From positions 64,001 through 128,000 of the forward strand of contig CAWCFT010000015.1 in NCBI GenBank assembly GCA_963794945.1: a stretch of DNA of 64,000 nucleotides. The letters are read 5' to 3'. Below the pieces are notes generated by a model. That model did no database searches. It saw nothing but the letters and a program-made list of their open reading frames with translations, and was not told the DNA's origin. Every line of letters starts with the position of its first letter. Position 1 is the first letter of the stretch. This DNA is from Endomicrobiales bacterium. Its GTDB lineage: Bacteria; Elusimicrobiota; Endomicrobiia; Endomicrobiales; CAWCFT01. Below, in pieces: positions 1-10,471 of this stretch. The position numbers and the translations under genes are program-made.

Positions 1-692
1 GCATATATCTTTGTCGCTGTATCGAACCCGAAAGAGGATTCCACGTGTTCGTTCTTTAGGTCGCCGTCAATTGTTTTAGGAACGCCTATAACGCTTATGT
101 TGGTGCCTTCTTTTTTGAAAAATTCAGCGAGAAGCGCGGCGTTGGTATTGGAGTCGTCGCCCCCGACCACCACTAGCGCGTCTATCTTATTTGCGATTAT
201 GTTCTTTTTTGTAAGCTCGAACTGTTCCGGCGTCTCTATTTTTGTACGGCCGCTCTGTATCATGTCGAATCCGCCGGTGTTCCTGTACTGGTTCATCATT
301 GGCGCCGTTATCTCTTTCCATTTGTTATCCAGAATACCCGAGGGCCCTCCGAGAAAACCTATGAGTTTGTTCTTTGGGTTAGCTTTTTTGAGGCCGTCGA
401 ACATGCCGGCTATCACGTTGTGCCCGCCCGGAGCCTGCCCGCCCGAAAGGACCAAACCGATCTTTACGGCTTTTTTGACAGCGGTGTTCTTTCCTTTGAT
501 GAAACGCACTACCGGCATGCCGTAAGTGTTGGAAAACAATTCCTTCAATTTTTCCTGTCCGGATATGCTTTGGGTCGCTTCGCCGAGTTTTGGACTGACC
601 GTTCCCGCTCCGCCGGCAAGTATAGCCGGAAGCACCGGCTTGAATTTTGACCTCTCGATCTGAAGTTCCGACTTCTGCGCCTGTTTTGCCAT
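1..692 (-). CDS. pfp: Pyrophosphate-dependent phosphofructokinase, 5' part (runs off the window)
   Basis: Manual translation from ATG at 692: MAKQAQKSELQIERSKFKP...VLSGGQAPGGHNVIAG...GGDDSNTNAA...GVPKTIDGDL...GFDTATK, the long-type PPi-PFK motifs. Confidence 0.93.
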   Translation of the reverse strand, partial: MAKQAQKSELQIERSKFKPVLPAILAGGAGTVSPKLGEATQSISGQEKLKELFSNTYGMPVVRFIKGKNTAVKKAVKIGLVLSGGQAPGGHNVIAGMFDGLKKANPKNKLIGFLGGPSGILDNKWKEITAPMMNQYRNTGGFDMIQSGRTKIETPEQFELTKKNIIANKIDALVVVGGDDSNTNAALLAEFFKKEGTNISVIGVPKTIDGDLKNEHVESSFGFDTATKIY

Positions 693-799
693 TTCTAAAG
701 CCTCCGTGATAATATTATTTGAACTGATATTATACAAAATATCTTTGTTTTTTTTAAATAGTTCCGGGTTGCCGTCTTTTGAGATAGTCCGCGGACTGG

Positions 800-1766
800 T
801 TACCAAATGAACTTAAGCGGGTCGAGGTTTACGCCGTTCTTCTTTATTGTAAAGTGCAGGTGCGGCCCGGTAACGCGGCCGGTAGCGCCGCTTTTGGCTA
901 TGAGCTGATGAGCCTTTACGTGCTGGCCAACGTGAACGAATATCTTGGAAAGGTGTCCGTAATGAGTGATATATCCATCCTGGTGATCAATGAAGACAGC
1001 CGTGCCGTAATGCCCGACATCGTTGCTTGCCACGATGACAACGCCGTCGGCCGCACGCCTACCCACGTTCCTATCTTACACGCTATATCTATGCCGCCGT
1101 GCATGCTGCGTGTACCCGTAACCGGGTGCCACCTCATGCCGAATGGGCTGGAGAGCCTTCCGCCAAGCGGGGAAACGAACAGTGCGCGCAACTCGTACTT
1201 TGCGCGCATCTTATCGTTCATGAGCTCCATGTCCGGCCGCCTGTCAAAAACAAAGACCATGTCGCCTTTTTTAAGGTCTTGTTCACCTGGGTTATATTTA
1301 TGGAGAGCATCTTCAGTTGTTTTGTAGCGCGCCGCGATCTTCTGCCAGGTATCGTTGTCCTGAACCACATGCAGCGTGCCTGCTTTTGAAGGGATAATTA
1401 TCTTCTGTTTGTAGTTAACTTCGTAGGTCTCAAGCTGCGGGTTGCAGCCGATGATAGAGTGCACCGAGTAGTGCCTATGCGTGGCAAGCTTCCAGAGGTT
1501 ATCCTTCATCTTCACTGAATAGATGGAAAACCCTACGTTGGAAGTCCTGGATTGCAGGTAGGCTAGCCTCAGGGAAAGGTCGCTCATCAGCCCTTCTGGC
1601 GTGTAAGCTACCTCGACAATAGGTTTTTGTTTAGGGGGCCTGCTTAGGATATAAGCGGGTACGGCGAACGCCAGCGGCAATTAAGCCGACCGCCAGAAAA
1701 TAATAACCCTTCTGCTTGAAACGCGCCAGTTCTATTTTATTGTTCCTGTTCTAAAGACCCCGGCAT
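800..1766 (-). CDS. LysM + M23 family peptidase (frameshifts near 1045 and 1675; start uncertain)
   Basis: Two LysM-like segments (YSVKMKDNLWKLA, HVVQDNDTWQKIAARY) and M23 motifs HGGIDIA (ORF 916..1680) plus YGHLS and TGPHLHF (ORF 800..1066). Confidence 0.85.
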
Positions 1767-1778
1767 TCGATCGCTTAA

Positions 1779-2378
1779 TTACCACCGGTCCCAGTGTATT
1801 TTTTCCTTCTTATATTTATCCTTCGGCTTATCTTCACCTGTGGGATACCCTACGGGTATGACGGTCAAAGGTATTATGTCTTCCGGAATCTTGAGCACTT
1901 TACGGACATGTTCGATCCGGTCTTTATCCGGGTACGCGGCTGTCCAAACGCCGCCAAGGCCCAGCGCTTCTATCGCAAGGAGTATATTCTCGCCCGCAAG
2001 TGACGCGTCTATTACAGCAAAATCTGTGCTTCTGTCGAACGCGGACTTTGGCTCGGTACAAACTATTATCGCCGCACCAGCCTTCGAAAGCATCTTGGCG
2101 TAGGGAAGCCCCTTGGCCAGGTCATCCAGGGTTTTTCTATCCGTTATCACGACGAATGACCACGGCTGCATGTTGACCGCTGTTGGCGCCGCCATGCCGG
2201 CCCTGACTATCTTGTCGAGGTCCGCCTTAGAAACGGCTTCTCCCGTGAAATTCCTGACGCTTTTTCTTGAGTGTATAACTTCGAACGTATCTTTCATATT
2301 AGGCGTCTCCTTCGCGTTCACTAATACTGCCCACTGAAACGCGAAACACATGAGAACCGTGAATACAAATATTTTCAT
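1779..2378 (-). CDS. Nitroreductase family protein with N-terminal signal peptide
   Basis: IHSRKSVRNF, AGMAAPTAVNMQPWSF, ALGLGGVW; hydrophobic N-terminus ending VNA. Confidence 0.9.
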   Translation of the reverse strand: MKIFVFTVLMCFAFQWAVLVNAKETPNMKDTFEVIHSRKSVRNFTGEAVSKADLDKIVRAGMAAPTAVNMQPWSFVVITDRKTLDDLAKGLPYAKMLSKAGAAIIVCTEPKSAFDRSTDFAVIDASLAGENILLAIEALGLGGVWTAAYPDKDRIEHVRKVLKIPEDIIPLTVIPVGYPTGEDKPKDKYKKEKIHWDRW

Positions 2379-2410
2379 ATAATCACCTTACCATTCAAAC
2401 GCGGAGCAGC

Positions 2411-2878
2411 CTAACGAACCGTCACTAAATCACCTGCCGTTTCGGTTCTGTACAGGTGCGCTGGTACTTGTTGGCCTATATTATAGTAATTTCTGACCTT
2501 CGCTACAATCTGGTGGCCGGTAAGTTTTGCAGCCGGCTCGGTCCTTATGAGCCTGTCGTATATGCCGTTTCTCTCTATGCGTTTCTTAAGCTCGTACTTA
2601 GCGCTGCCTGGGCCGAAGATATAAACCTCTTCCGCGTTCCTCAGGGCGGCTATGACCCTGTCGTAATATGCGTCTGTGTACGCCGCGCTGTTCCTCTTGC
2701 GTATATCGTACGCCGGCCTGTCTCGCCTTCCGTACTGTTTCTCCGAGATAGCAAACTCGTGTTGTTCCAAATTAGACGCAACCCTTATGAACTCTTCTTT
2801 CACCTCGTCCATGTTCTCAGTTATAAGCTCAATTATCGCGTTCCTGTGATCGATCCATAAACCTGCTTTTGGCCTCAT
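2411..2878 (-). CDS. Hypothetical protein, eRF1-domain-2-like ('translational machinery') family
   Basis: GLWIDHRNAII N-terminus and IFGPGSAKYELKK motif; AGGAG RBS. Confidence 0.6.
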   Translation of the reverse strand: MRPKAGLWIDHRNAIIELITENMDEVKEEFIRVASNLEQHEFAISEKQYGRRDRPAYDIRKRNSAAYTDAYYDRVIAALRNAEEVYIFGPGSAKYELKKRIERNGIYDRLIRTEPAAKLTGHQIVAKVRNYYNIGQQVPAHLYRTETAGDLVTVR

Positions 2879-2921
2879 ATGTACTCTCCTTTTGCGGCCT
2901 TTCGGCCGCGCTTTTCATAAT

Positions 2922-2958
2922 AAAAACCGCAGCATCATTTATGATATGCCGCGGTTCT
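2922..2958 (-). terminator. Probable intrinsic terminator after the YciI pair
   Basis: AACCGC(G/A)GCAT stem followed by a T-run on the minus strand. Confidence 0.55.
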
Positions 2959-2990
2959 TCAATCTATTAACTTAAGAGTTCGTTTTTGAT

Positions 2991-3326
2991 TCAACATACT
3001 TGAAACCCCAATACCCTGACATCGCCGGCGCTATTACAATACAGCGGCCCATTTAGCGTGATGTTTGGCGCCTCTTTCGCTATCTCAATGGCTTCTTCTT
3101 TGGTCGACACGTTGACTATAATGTAACCCGCAAGCCCGTCTTTAGCGCACTTACGTTCGGAGCTACCCAACTTGTTTACTATTTTCCCAGCGCCGCCGTA
3201 CGGCGCTCCTTCTTCCAGAATACCTCTGCTTTTGAGCTCATCCATCCATGACTGCCAGCGCTTGTGATGCGATTCGGTGTTTCCCGCGCACGGCATTCTG
3301 CCGTTGTAAAATATCATGAACTTCAT
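2991..3326 (-). CDS. YciI/DGPF-like protein (paralog 2)
   Basis: MKFMIFYNG...GILEEGAPY...LAGYIIVNVSTKEEAIEIAKEAP; GGAGG RBS. Confidence 0.75.
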   Translation of the reverse strand: MKFMIFYNGRMPCAGNTESHHKRWQSWMDELKSRGILEEGAPYGGAGKIVNKLGSSERKCAKDGLAGYIIVNVSTKEEAIEIAKEAPNITLNGPLYCNSAGDVRVLGFQVC

Positions 3327-3361
3327 AAGGACCTCCCCGCAGCCGCGGAATAGGCGCAAGA

Positions 3362-3694
3362 TCATATTGCCGCCATAGCCGGCTGCATGGCCATGCATTC
3401 TCTTATCACTGTTGAACCTCCCAGCCGTGTGTGCGGCGCTTTTTTAGCGACTTCCACTGCTTCATCGAAAGAAGACGCGGTAATCACCATGTATCCCGTA
3501 AGGTCGTCCTTTTGGGGCGTCCAATCGGATATTATGTTCTGCGTTACTCTTTTCCCGTTTTCGCCGAAAGCGGCGCCGGACTCCAGCACTCCTTTCGAGT
3601 GCAAGTCTTCAGTAAATTCCTGCCAAAGCCTGTCATGCGCTTTTTTGTCCTGCGGCTTCGGCACACCGCCTTTAAAAAATAACATAAACTTCAT
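3362..3694 (-). CDS. YciI/DGPF-like protein (paralog 1)
   Basis: MKFMLFFKG...GVLESGAAF...LTGYMVITASSFDEAVEVAKKAP; AGGAGG RBS. Confidence 0.8.
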   Translation of the reverse strand: MKFMLFFKGGVPKPQDKKAHDRLWQEFTEDLHSKGVLESGAAFGENGKRVTQNIISDWTPQKDDLTGYMVITASSFDEAVEVAKKAPHTRLGGSTVIRECMAMQPAMAAI

Positions 3695-3850
3695 ATTGGC
3701 CTCCTTCTTTTCAGTGCTGTCAATTGTTTCAGATCTCGCGAATGTTTTAAACATGTTGCCCCCGTATTCTTATTATCATAAATATCTCATTTTGCGGCTC
3801 AAGACGCAATGGCTTAAATCCATGCAAAACTGATATTATTCCCAGCTGAC

Positions 3851-3882
3851 AAAAAAAAAGCCGCTGTTAGCTCAGCGGCTTT
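3851..3882 (-). terminator. Intrinsic terminator of the Rrf2...FMN reductase run
   Basis: AAAGCCGCTG-loop-CAGCGGCTTT followed by T9 on the minus strand. Confidence 0.8.
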
Positions 3883-3918
3883 AAACTATATCGATAGTGC
3901 AAACCCGGCGTGCAGTTA

Positions 3919-4480
3919 TTATTTCATTTTTTCAGCCAGTTCAAAGGTCTTTTGAAGAAGCAACCGAAGGCTGTCCATAGAGGTCTTGTTCTTGAGACTG
4001 CCATCCGGCTCGAACGCGTTGTCCGCATCTGCAATCAGCACCTGTGGCTGAGGCAGTGCAATAACGTTCAGGGTAAGAAATATTTGCCTTATCTGGAACT
4101 GTCCCCTCACGGTGCCGAACTGGCCGGTAGAAGCACCGAACAAAGCAGCCGTTTTACCGCCGAACGGGTTCGGTTTGACCCTGGAAACCCAGTCTATGGC
4201 GTTCTTCAGAACTCCCGGCACGGAATAATTATATTCCGGAGAAGCTATCAGGAACACGTCCGCATTCTTGACCATTTCTGCCAACTGTTTTACGGGCTCC
4301 GGAAAACCGGCATCTTGCACATCTTGATCATAATCCGGGATATTCAGCGTCTTTAGATCCGCGGTTGTTACCTTTACTCCCGCCTCGCCGGCTATTTTTA
4401 TCGCGATGTTCAACAGTTTACGGTTGTAGGAGCCTTTTCTGAGGCTGCCCGCATATTGCCAACGCTTTAAGTTCGCTCAT
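3919..4480 (-). CDS. NADPH-dependent FMN reductase (ChrR/SsuE family), frameshift near 4450
   Basis: GSLRKGSYN upstream of the annotated ORF; SPEYNYSVPGVLKNAIDW motif. Confidence 0.9.
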
Positions 4481-4501
4481 ATAAACCTCCCAAACAAAAT
4501 G

Positions 4502-5975
4502 TCAGGCCCAGCCTTTTGACCTCTCAACAGCTTTCTGCCACCTGCCATAGAGTTCTGCAGATTTTTCTCTGCCCATGACGGGTTCAAACACCCTTTCAAC
4601 GCTCATTATTCTTTTGAATTCTTCCGTATTCCAGAAACCAGATGCTATTCCGCTTATACCAGCAGCGCCGAGCGCCGTGGTTTCAATGATCTTTGGCCGT
4701 TCAACAGGCAAACCAAGCATATCAGAACTGGAACTGCATGAGGAAATTGTTTGCGCACGCGCCGCCGTCAACTTTTAACGCCTTAAAATCTCCGGTGTAT
4801 GCTTCTTTGACCGTATTTATGATGTCTTTCGCCTGGTAGGCCATAGACTCTATAACTGCCCTGACTATATTCTCTCTCGATGTCTTTCTTGTAAGCCCTA
4901 TCAAAAGCCCTCTTGCGTTAGGGTCCCAGTAGGGCGCGCCTAACCCCTGAAACGCCGGGACAAAAATAATATTCTCGTTATCTTCGAGAGAGGCCGCCAT
5001 CTGCTCGGTCTCGGCAGCTGATTTTATTATCCCGAGATTGTCCCTTAGCCACTGCACAGCCGCGCCACCTATAAATATACTTCCTTCGAGGGCGTAGCTT
5101 AGGCCGTCTTTTGTCTTAGACGCGATGGTAGAAACAAGCGACTTGTTCATTAGAAGTTCAGTGCCGGTATTCGTAAGTATGAATATCCCTGTCCCGTAAG
5201 TCGCCTTGATAACACCTTTTTCCCATCCGTTCTGAGCGAACAGCGAAGCCTGCTGGTCACCGAGTATTCCGTAGATCGGTATTTCTGTCCCGGTTATACC
5301 CTTATCTGTATTTCCAAAGAACGCGTCGGAATCCTTTACTTCGGGCAAAATGCTTTCGGGCACATAGAGTATATCAAGAAGTTCTTTATCGAACGAAAGA
5401 GTGCTTATGTTATAAATTAACGTGCGGCTCGCGTTGCTGGGCTCGGTCGCGTGGACTTTGCCGCCGGTCAGGTTCCATAAGACCCAGGTGTCGGGCGTAC
5501 CGAAAAGTATTTCACCTTTCTCCGCCTTCGCCCGAACGCCTTCAACGTTATCGAATATCCATTGTATCTTGGTCCCGGAAAAATACGGGTCGAGGAACAG
5601 GCCGGTCTTCTCCTTGAACAGGCCCGCGTGCTCTTTTAACCCGGTACATATTTTCTCGGTGCGCCTGCACTGCCACACTATCGCGTTGTAAACAGGCTTG
5701 CCTGTCTTCTTATCCCATATGACCGTCGTTTCGCGTTGGTTCGTTATGCCGAGAGATACGACATTCTCGGCACCTACTGCCGATAGCACATCCTTTAGCG
5801 CTTTAAGCGCCGTAGCGTAAAGTTCAACGGGGTCGTGCTCCACCCAGCCCGGTTTAGGGAAGATCTGGGTGAACTCGTAGTAGGACTTCGCTATGGCCTC
5901 GCCTTGTTTGTTGAAAGCGATGGCCCTGTTCCCGGTTGTGCCGAGATCAAGCGCGACTACAACTTTTTCTTTCAT
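4502..5975 (-). CDS. glpK: Glycerol kinase, frameshift near 4727
   Basis: DLGTTGNRA, GITNQRETT, GDQQASLF, GLGAPYWD, KVDGGACANNFLMQFQ; continues ETTALGAA in ORF 4502..4771. Confidence 0.95.
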
Positions 5976-6960
5976 TTTCAGTCCCCGTTTCAAGCAGGTT
6001 TTCGATGAGCTTTGAAGGCTTAAGCTGTTTGTCTATTATATTAAGTATCGCTCCGGCGACGGGCATCTTTACTCGGTGTTTTTTAGAAAGCTTTTCCGCG
6101 GCGCGAAGGGCTTTTAGTCCTTCCGGCAGAACGCCTAGTATTTTTTCTGCGTAAGCGAGCGACTTTCCATCCGCCAACATCTCGCCGAAACGCCTGTTGT
6201 GGCTGTGCTCACTAAGCGAAGTTGCTATGAGGTCGCCCAGCCCGGCGAGGTTAAGCACCGTCTCTCTATTGCCGCCCATGGCTTCTATCAGGCTGGTCAT
6301 TTCTTCGCGCGCCATGGTGATGTAGGCGGCTTTGAAGTTTATGCTGTCAAGCCCCTGCCCGTGTATGATGCCCAGGCCAATTGCATACATGTTCTTGAGT
6401 ATTCCGAACCACTCAACGCCAACCTTGTCACTGGAGAACCTGGCGCGGAAGGTGGTTGTTTCTACTGCTGCCGCGGCTTTACATAGGTCAACCGTTCGGT
6501 CTCCTGTCAGCACTACCATGCAGGGGTACCCCCTTGCGAACTCGTTGGCTATCGATGGGCCTGAAAGTACTATAACTTTGTTGTGCTTAAATATATTTGA
6601 GAGCATGCCGGAAGCGGTTAGCAGTGTGCCTTCTTCTATTCCCTTGCTGAGGTTAACTATGAGGGTATTTTTATTGACCCGCGCCGCTTGCGAGGAAAGG
6701 ACCGCCTTTATGTATTTTGAAGGAAGCGCAACAAAGACAATGTCTTTGCCGCGCAATGCTTCTTCGATATCTACCGTGGCTTTAAGGCGGGCGCTAAGCT
6801 TGACGCCTTTGAGGTATCTTGTGTTGCGGTGCAACTTGTTTATCTCGCACACAGTTTCAAGGTCGTATTCCCATCCTGCAACGTCGTGTCCGTTACTTGC
6901 TATGTTGTTGGCAACAGCTGTACCCATGTTACCCAGGCCTATCATTCCAATGTTCATCAT
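5947..6960 (-). CDS. gpsA: NAD(P)H-dependent glycerol-3-phosphate dehydrogenase
   Basis: GLGNMGTA Rossmann motif, SKGIE, LSGPSIANE, LKNMYAI, GLGDLIATSLSEHSHNRRFG. Confidence 0.93.
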   Translation of the reverse strand: MMNIGMIGLGNMGTAVANNIASNGHDVAGWEYDLETVCEINKLHRNTRYLKGVKLSARLKATVDIEEALRGKDIVFVALPSKYIKAVLSSQAARVNKNTLIVNLSKGIEEGTLLTASGMLSNIFKHNKVIVLSGPSIANEFARGYPCMVVLTGDRTVDLCKAAAAVETTTFRARFSSDKVGVEWFGILKNMYAIGLGIIHGQGLDSINFKAAYITMAREEMTSLIEAMGGNRETVLNLAGLGDLIATSLSEHSHNRRFGEMLADGKSLAYAEKILGVLPEGLKALRAAEKLSKKHRVKMPVAGAILNIIDKQLKPSKLIENLLETGTENERKSCSRA

Positions 6961-7015
6961 AGTACCCTCACTAGTTAATAGCCTGAACAAATAATACAAA
7001 CTTTTTAGACTATGT

Positions 7016-7848
7016 TCAAATCAATTCGCCTTTTATGGAAACTGTGTAGTCCTTGAGAGCTATGTTCTTGCCGGATTTATTCAACGCCTCCTGAACGATG
7101 CTTTCAACACCGAAACAGCACGGCACCTCCATGTGGACTATAGAAATGGATCTCACAGAATTATTTTTTAATATCTCGGAGAGCTTCTCAACGTAAGCCT
7201 CGCGCGCGTCATCAAGTTTCGGGCAAAATATTATAGGCACTTTACCCTTGAGGAATTTCCTGTGGAACTCGCCGTAGGAAAACGCCGCGCAATCCGCCGA
7301 GACCACAATGTCGGCGTTATTAAAATATGGGCCGCGGGGTTGACCAGGTGCAGCTGGATAGGCCATGTCCTGAGCTCCGACCTCGGCCTGACTCCGCTTT
7401 CTTCCTGAGCGCCAGCCGCTTCATCTCTGAAATCCACTGTTTTTGACCCCGGGCATGAACAAGCATGTTCGTGTTTGGCCATTTTTGTTTTCTCCTTTGT
7501 TGGGACCTTTATCTTGTGTTCTTTTAGGTACTCCAGCGCCTGTGAGAGGTATTTCTCCTGGCCGTGGCCTTCGAGATGTTTTAGATGCGCCTCGACAACG
7601 TCCGGCCCGGCTTTTACGATATTTACCATGGTCTTTTTTTCGTCATACGGCACAGCCTCGCGTTTCTCTATAGATATAGCTCCCTGCGGGCAGTGGCCTA
7701 TACAGGCGCCCAGACCGTCACAGAAAAGATCGCTCATGAGCCTGACCTTGCCGTTGATTATCTGCAGCGCCCCTTCGGGGCAGTTGGGTATGCACTGGCC
7801 GCAGCCGTTGCATTTTTCTTCGTCGATCGTTATGACATCCCTTTTCAT
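7016..7848 (-). CDS. 4Fe-4S ferredoxin-domain iron-sulfur protein, frameshift near 7330
   Basis: CNGCGQCIPNCPEGA and CDGLGACIGHCP; C-terminal WPIQLHLV...ADC...CPKLD...MEVPCC. Confidence 0.88.
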
Positions 7849-7849
7849 C

Positions 7850-8259
7850 TTAATTCTCCTTTCCGGCTATAAGCGAAAGAATGGATATTTCGCCAAATTT
7901 ATTCTCGAGGTCTTTTTCTATCACTTTGACTTTCGCTCTGAGGACACACGACTTGCGGTTGGGGCATATGTCCTTTCGGAACATGCACTGCGATATCTGG
8001 AAGTCTCCATGGAACGTCCTCATAATATCAAGCATCTTTATCTCCCCGGGCTTTTTCCGTAGTATTACCCGCCGCCTTTCCCCTCTTTAGAAGTGAGGTA
8101 TCCTTTCTTCAGGAGCACCTGCAGCAGCCTCTTAAGGAACTTGTCAGGGATATTCTCTTTCTTTGATATCTCGCTTGCCGGCACGACCCTGTCTTTTTCG
8201 CGGGCTAGGTACATGAGCGCCCTGACAGCGTAATCGGTTTTTTTAGAAATGAGGTTCAT
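7850..8259 (-). CDS. Rrf2 family transcriptional regulator, frameshift near 8068
   Basis: ISKKTDYAVRALMYLA, wHTH, SKEGKGGG; Cys-rich C-terminus CMFRKDICPNRKSC. Confidence 0.9.
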
Positions 8260-8273
8260 ATTTGTTATCCTTT

Positions 8274-8312
8274 TACTGATACTATTATAGTATTAGTATA
8301 AATGTTTGTCAA
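8274..8312 (-). promoter_or_regulatory. Consensus sigma70 promoter overlapped by a 12-1-12 inverted repeat (likely Rrf2 operator)
   Basis: TTGACA (8312-8307), 17 bp, TATAAT (8289-8284); palindrome TACTGATACTAT-T-ATAGTATTAGTA at 8274-8298. Confidence 0.8.
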
Positions 8313-8390
8313 GCGTGCGGGTACTATCTTTTGCGGAATGTCTTGATTTTGTGTTTTTTCAGGTTGCGAAGTTATTTAGCAGTATTGTAT

Positions 8391-8473
8391 AGTGATAAGT
8401 GTTGAGGGGTAAGGGATAAGTAAAAACTTCCTCTGACGTTTACTTACCGCTTATCACTTACCCCTTTATCGCT
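8391..8473. repeat. Inverted heptamer tandem array (AG[T/G]G[A/G]TA units)
   Basis: AGTGATA AGTGTTG AGGGGTA AGGGATA ... TACCGCT TATCACT TACCCCT. Confidence 0.8.
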
Positions 8474-8475
8474 AT

Positions 8476-10470
8476 TTAGACTTTTATCGGAAGAAGAACG
8501 AAAGGTATGCCTTTTGAGTAGAATATCCTCTGCATGAGAAAAACCGTGTAGTTGTGCAGCCATCTCGAAATAAAAGTGTTCTCGGGGAACACCAGCTGGC
8601 CGCCGAAAAATATGACGTTCGGGAACTTTTCGACTATCCTAGGCGCGATCTCTTCTATTTCGCTTACAACATCAGTCCCGATGACCGATATGCCTTCGGA
8701 ACTATACCCCTGGCTGCGGACGTAGTTCACATATTTGTTGACATCGGTGCGGCAATGGTTCTCCAGCTCTTCTACCTGCTCGCAACCCTTGAAATTGCCG
8801 GCGTCTATAATGCCTATCTGGACAAAAATGAAATTCTTAAATACCCCTTCGAACAACCTAACTATCCCGAAGAGCGTGTGTAACCCCAGGCCGTTGAAAC
8901 CGCTTACAAAGATGACGGCAGTTTTTGCCGCCGCATCGAATTCTCCTTGCGGTATCACGGTGTGCACAGTTTCCGGGCCTGTTTCTTTAACCTTTGGTTC
9001 AACTACCCGCACTAAACTGTCGAGCCTGTGAAGAAGCCTGAGTGTCTTGCGGTACTGCTTACGAATATAGACCGCGAATAGCACAAGCGCTGTTGTCACA
9101 AGAAGGGTTATCCATCCGCCCTCGTTGAATTTCATTACTATCATCATGATAAGTATGAAAGACGTCATTACAAGCCCGATACCATTGATAGCTATTTTCT
9201 TTTGCCATCCGGGCGTAGTTTCCTTAACTGCCCACCAGTGCCTGACCATGCCAAGCTGTGAAAGCGAAAACGTTATGAACACGTTAATGCTGTAGAGCAC
9301 TATCATTAAGGCCACGGAACCGTGGGCGAAAAGCATTATCATTATGGCCGATAAGCCCATTATCAATATGCCGTTCTGGCTTACGAAACGGTCCGTGAGC
9401 ATCGCAAAACGCGAAGGGAACCACCTGTCCAGCGACATATTTGCCAGAACCCTTGGACCGTCGAGAAAACCGGTTTGGGCAGCCACATAAAGCAGCGTAG
9501 CTTCAGAGAAAAGAGTTATTAACACGAATGTGTAGCCCCAATTGCCCCAATTCGCGGTGACCTTTTCGAACAACACAGCGTTTAATGTTTTTTCAGGCTG
9601 GAAACTGACATTGTAAATGAGGTAAGCCACCATGAGGCCAACTACTGTAACCGTAAGCGAAATAGCCATGTAACTCATAGTATGTTTGGCTGTTTTTACT
9701 TTAGGTTCCCTAAGCGCATTCATTCCGTTACTGACGGCTTCTATACCGGTATAAGTACCGGCCCCCATGCTGTACGCGCGCATCATCACAAAGAACATAC
9801 CTAATAACCCTATCTCTGAATGGGCATTTCTGACGTCAGCAACTGTAGCGGTGAACAGATGAGGGACATTACCCATGTTGCCCACGACAGCGTATACTAT
9901 CACGAACGCATGTGTAATAACGAATGCCATGAATATAGGCACCAAAGGAAGAACTGATTCTTTTATGCCTCTGAGGTTCAATATTATCAAAACCGCGAGT
10001 ATAGCGACATCAAATTCCAGCCTATAAGAAAATAACCTCGCTGGAAGAAAGCTGAATATAGCCTCTGTCCCGCTTGCTACAGATACTGTTATTGTAAGCA
10101 CATAATCTATTAAAAGCGCGCAGCCGGAAACCATTCCCACGTTCGGACTAAGCAGTTTGCTGGCCACAAGGTATCCGCCTCCACCCGAAGGGAAAAGTTC
10201 GATTATCTGGGAATAGCTCGCGCTGATAACAAGAATAGTGAAAGCGCTTGCGAGGGCGACAAAAATGCTTAGATAAACGTGTTTGCCCAGCGCAAGGAAA
10301 GCTTCCGGTGGGCCATAGCATGACGAGGAAAGTCCGTCCGCTCCAAGGCCCACCCACGCGAAAAATGCGATGAGCGACAGTTTATGGAACATGGCGGTAT
10401 CGTACGGATTGTGCGCTCCTCCGATAAGAAACAGTTTTATCCTTTTTAGCAGTGGTAATTTTTCTTCCAT
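8476..10470 (-). CDS. APC family permease, KimA/YdaO-like potassium transporter
   Basis: GADGLSSSCYGP, FPSGGGGYLVA, LLIDYVLT, YTGIEAVSNG; about 12 TM helices plus cytoplasmic C-terminal domain. Confidence 0.85.
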   Translation of the reverse strand: MEEKLPLLKRIKLFLIGGAHNPYDTAMFHKLSLIAFFAWVGLGADGLSSSCYGPPEAFLALGKHVYLSIFVALASAFTILVISASYSQIIELFPSGGGGYLVASKLLSPNVGMVSGCALLIDYVLTITVSVASGTEAIFSFLPARLFSYRLEFDVAILAVLIILNLRGIKESVLPLVPIFMAFVITHAFVIVYAVVGNMGNVPHLFTATVADVRNAHSEIGLLGMFFVMMRAYSMGAGTYTGIEAVSNGMNALREPKVKTAKHTMSYMAISLTVTVVGLMVAYLIYNVSFQPEKTLNAVLFEKVTANWGNWGYTFVLITLFSEATLLYVAAQTGFLDGPRVLANMSLDRWFPSRFAMLTDRFVSQNGILIMGLSAIMIMLFAHGSVALMIVLYSINVFITFSLSQLGMVRHWWAVKETTPGWQKKIAINGIGLVMTSFILIMMIVMKFNEGGWITLLVTTALVLFAVYIRKQYRKTLRLLHRLDSLVRVVEPKVKETGPETVHTVIPQGEFDAAAKTAVIFVSGFNGLGLHTLFGIVRLFEGVFKNFIFVQIGIIDAGNFKGCEQVEELENHCRTDVNKYVNYVRSQGYSSEGISVIGTDVVSEIEEIAPRIVEKFPNVIFFGGQLVFPENTFISRWLHNYTVFLMQRIFYSKGIPFVLLPIKV

Positions 10471-10471
10471 T

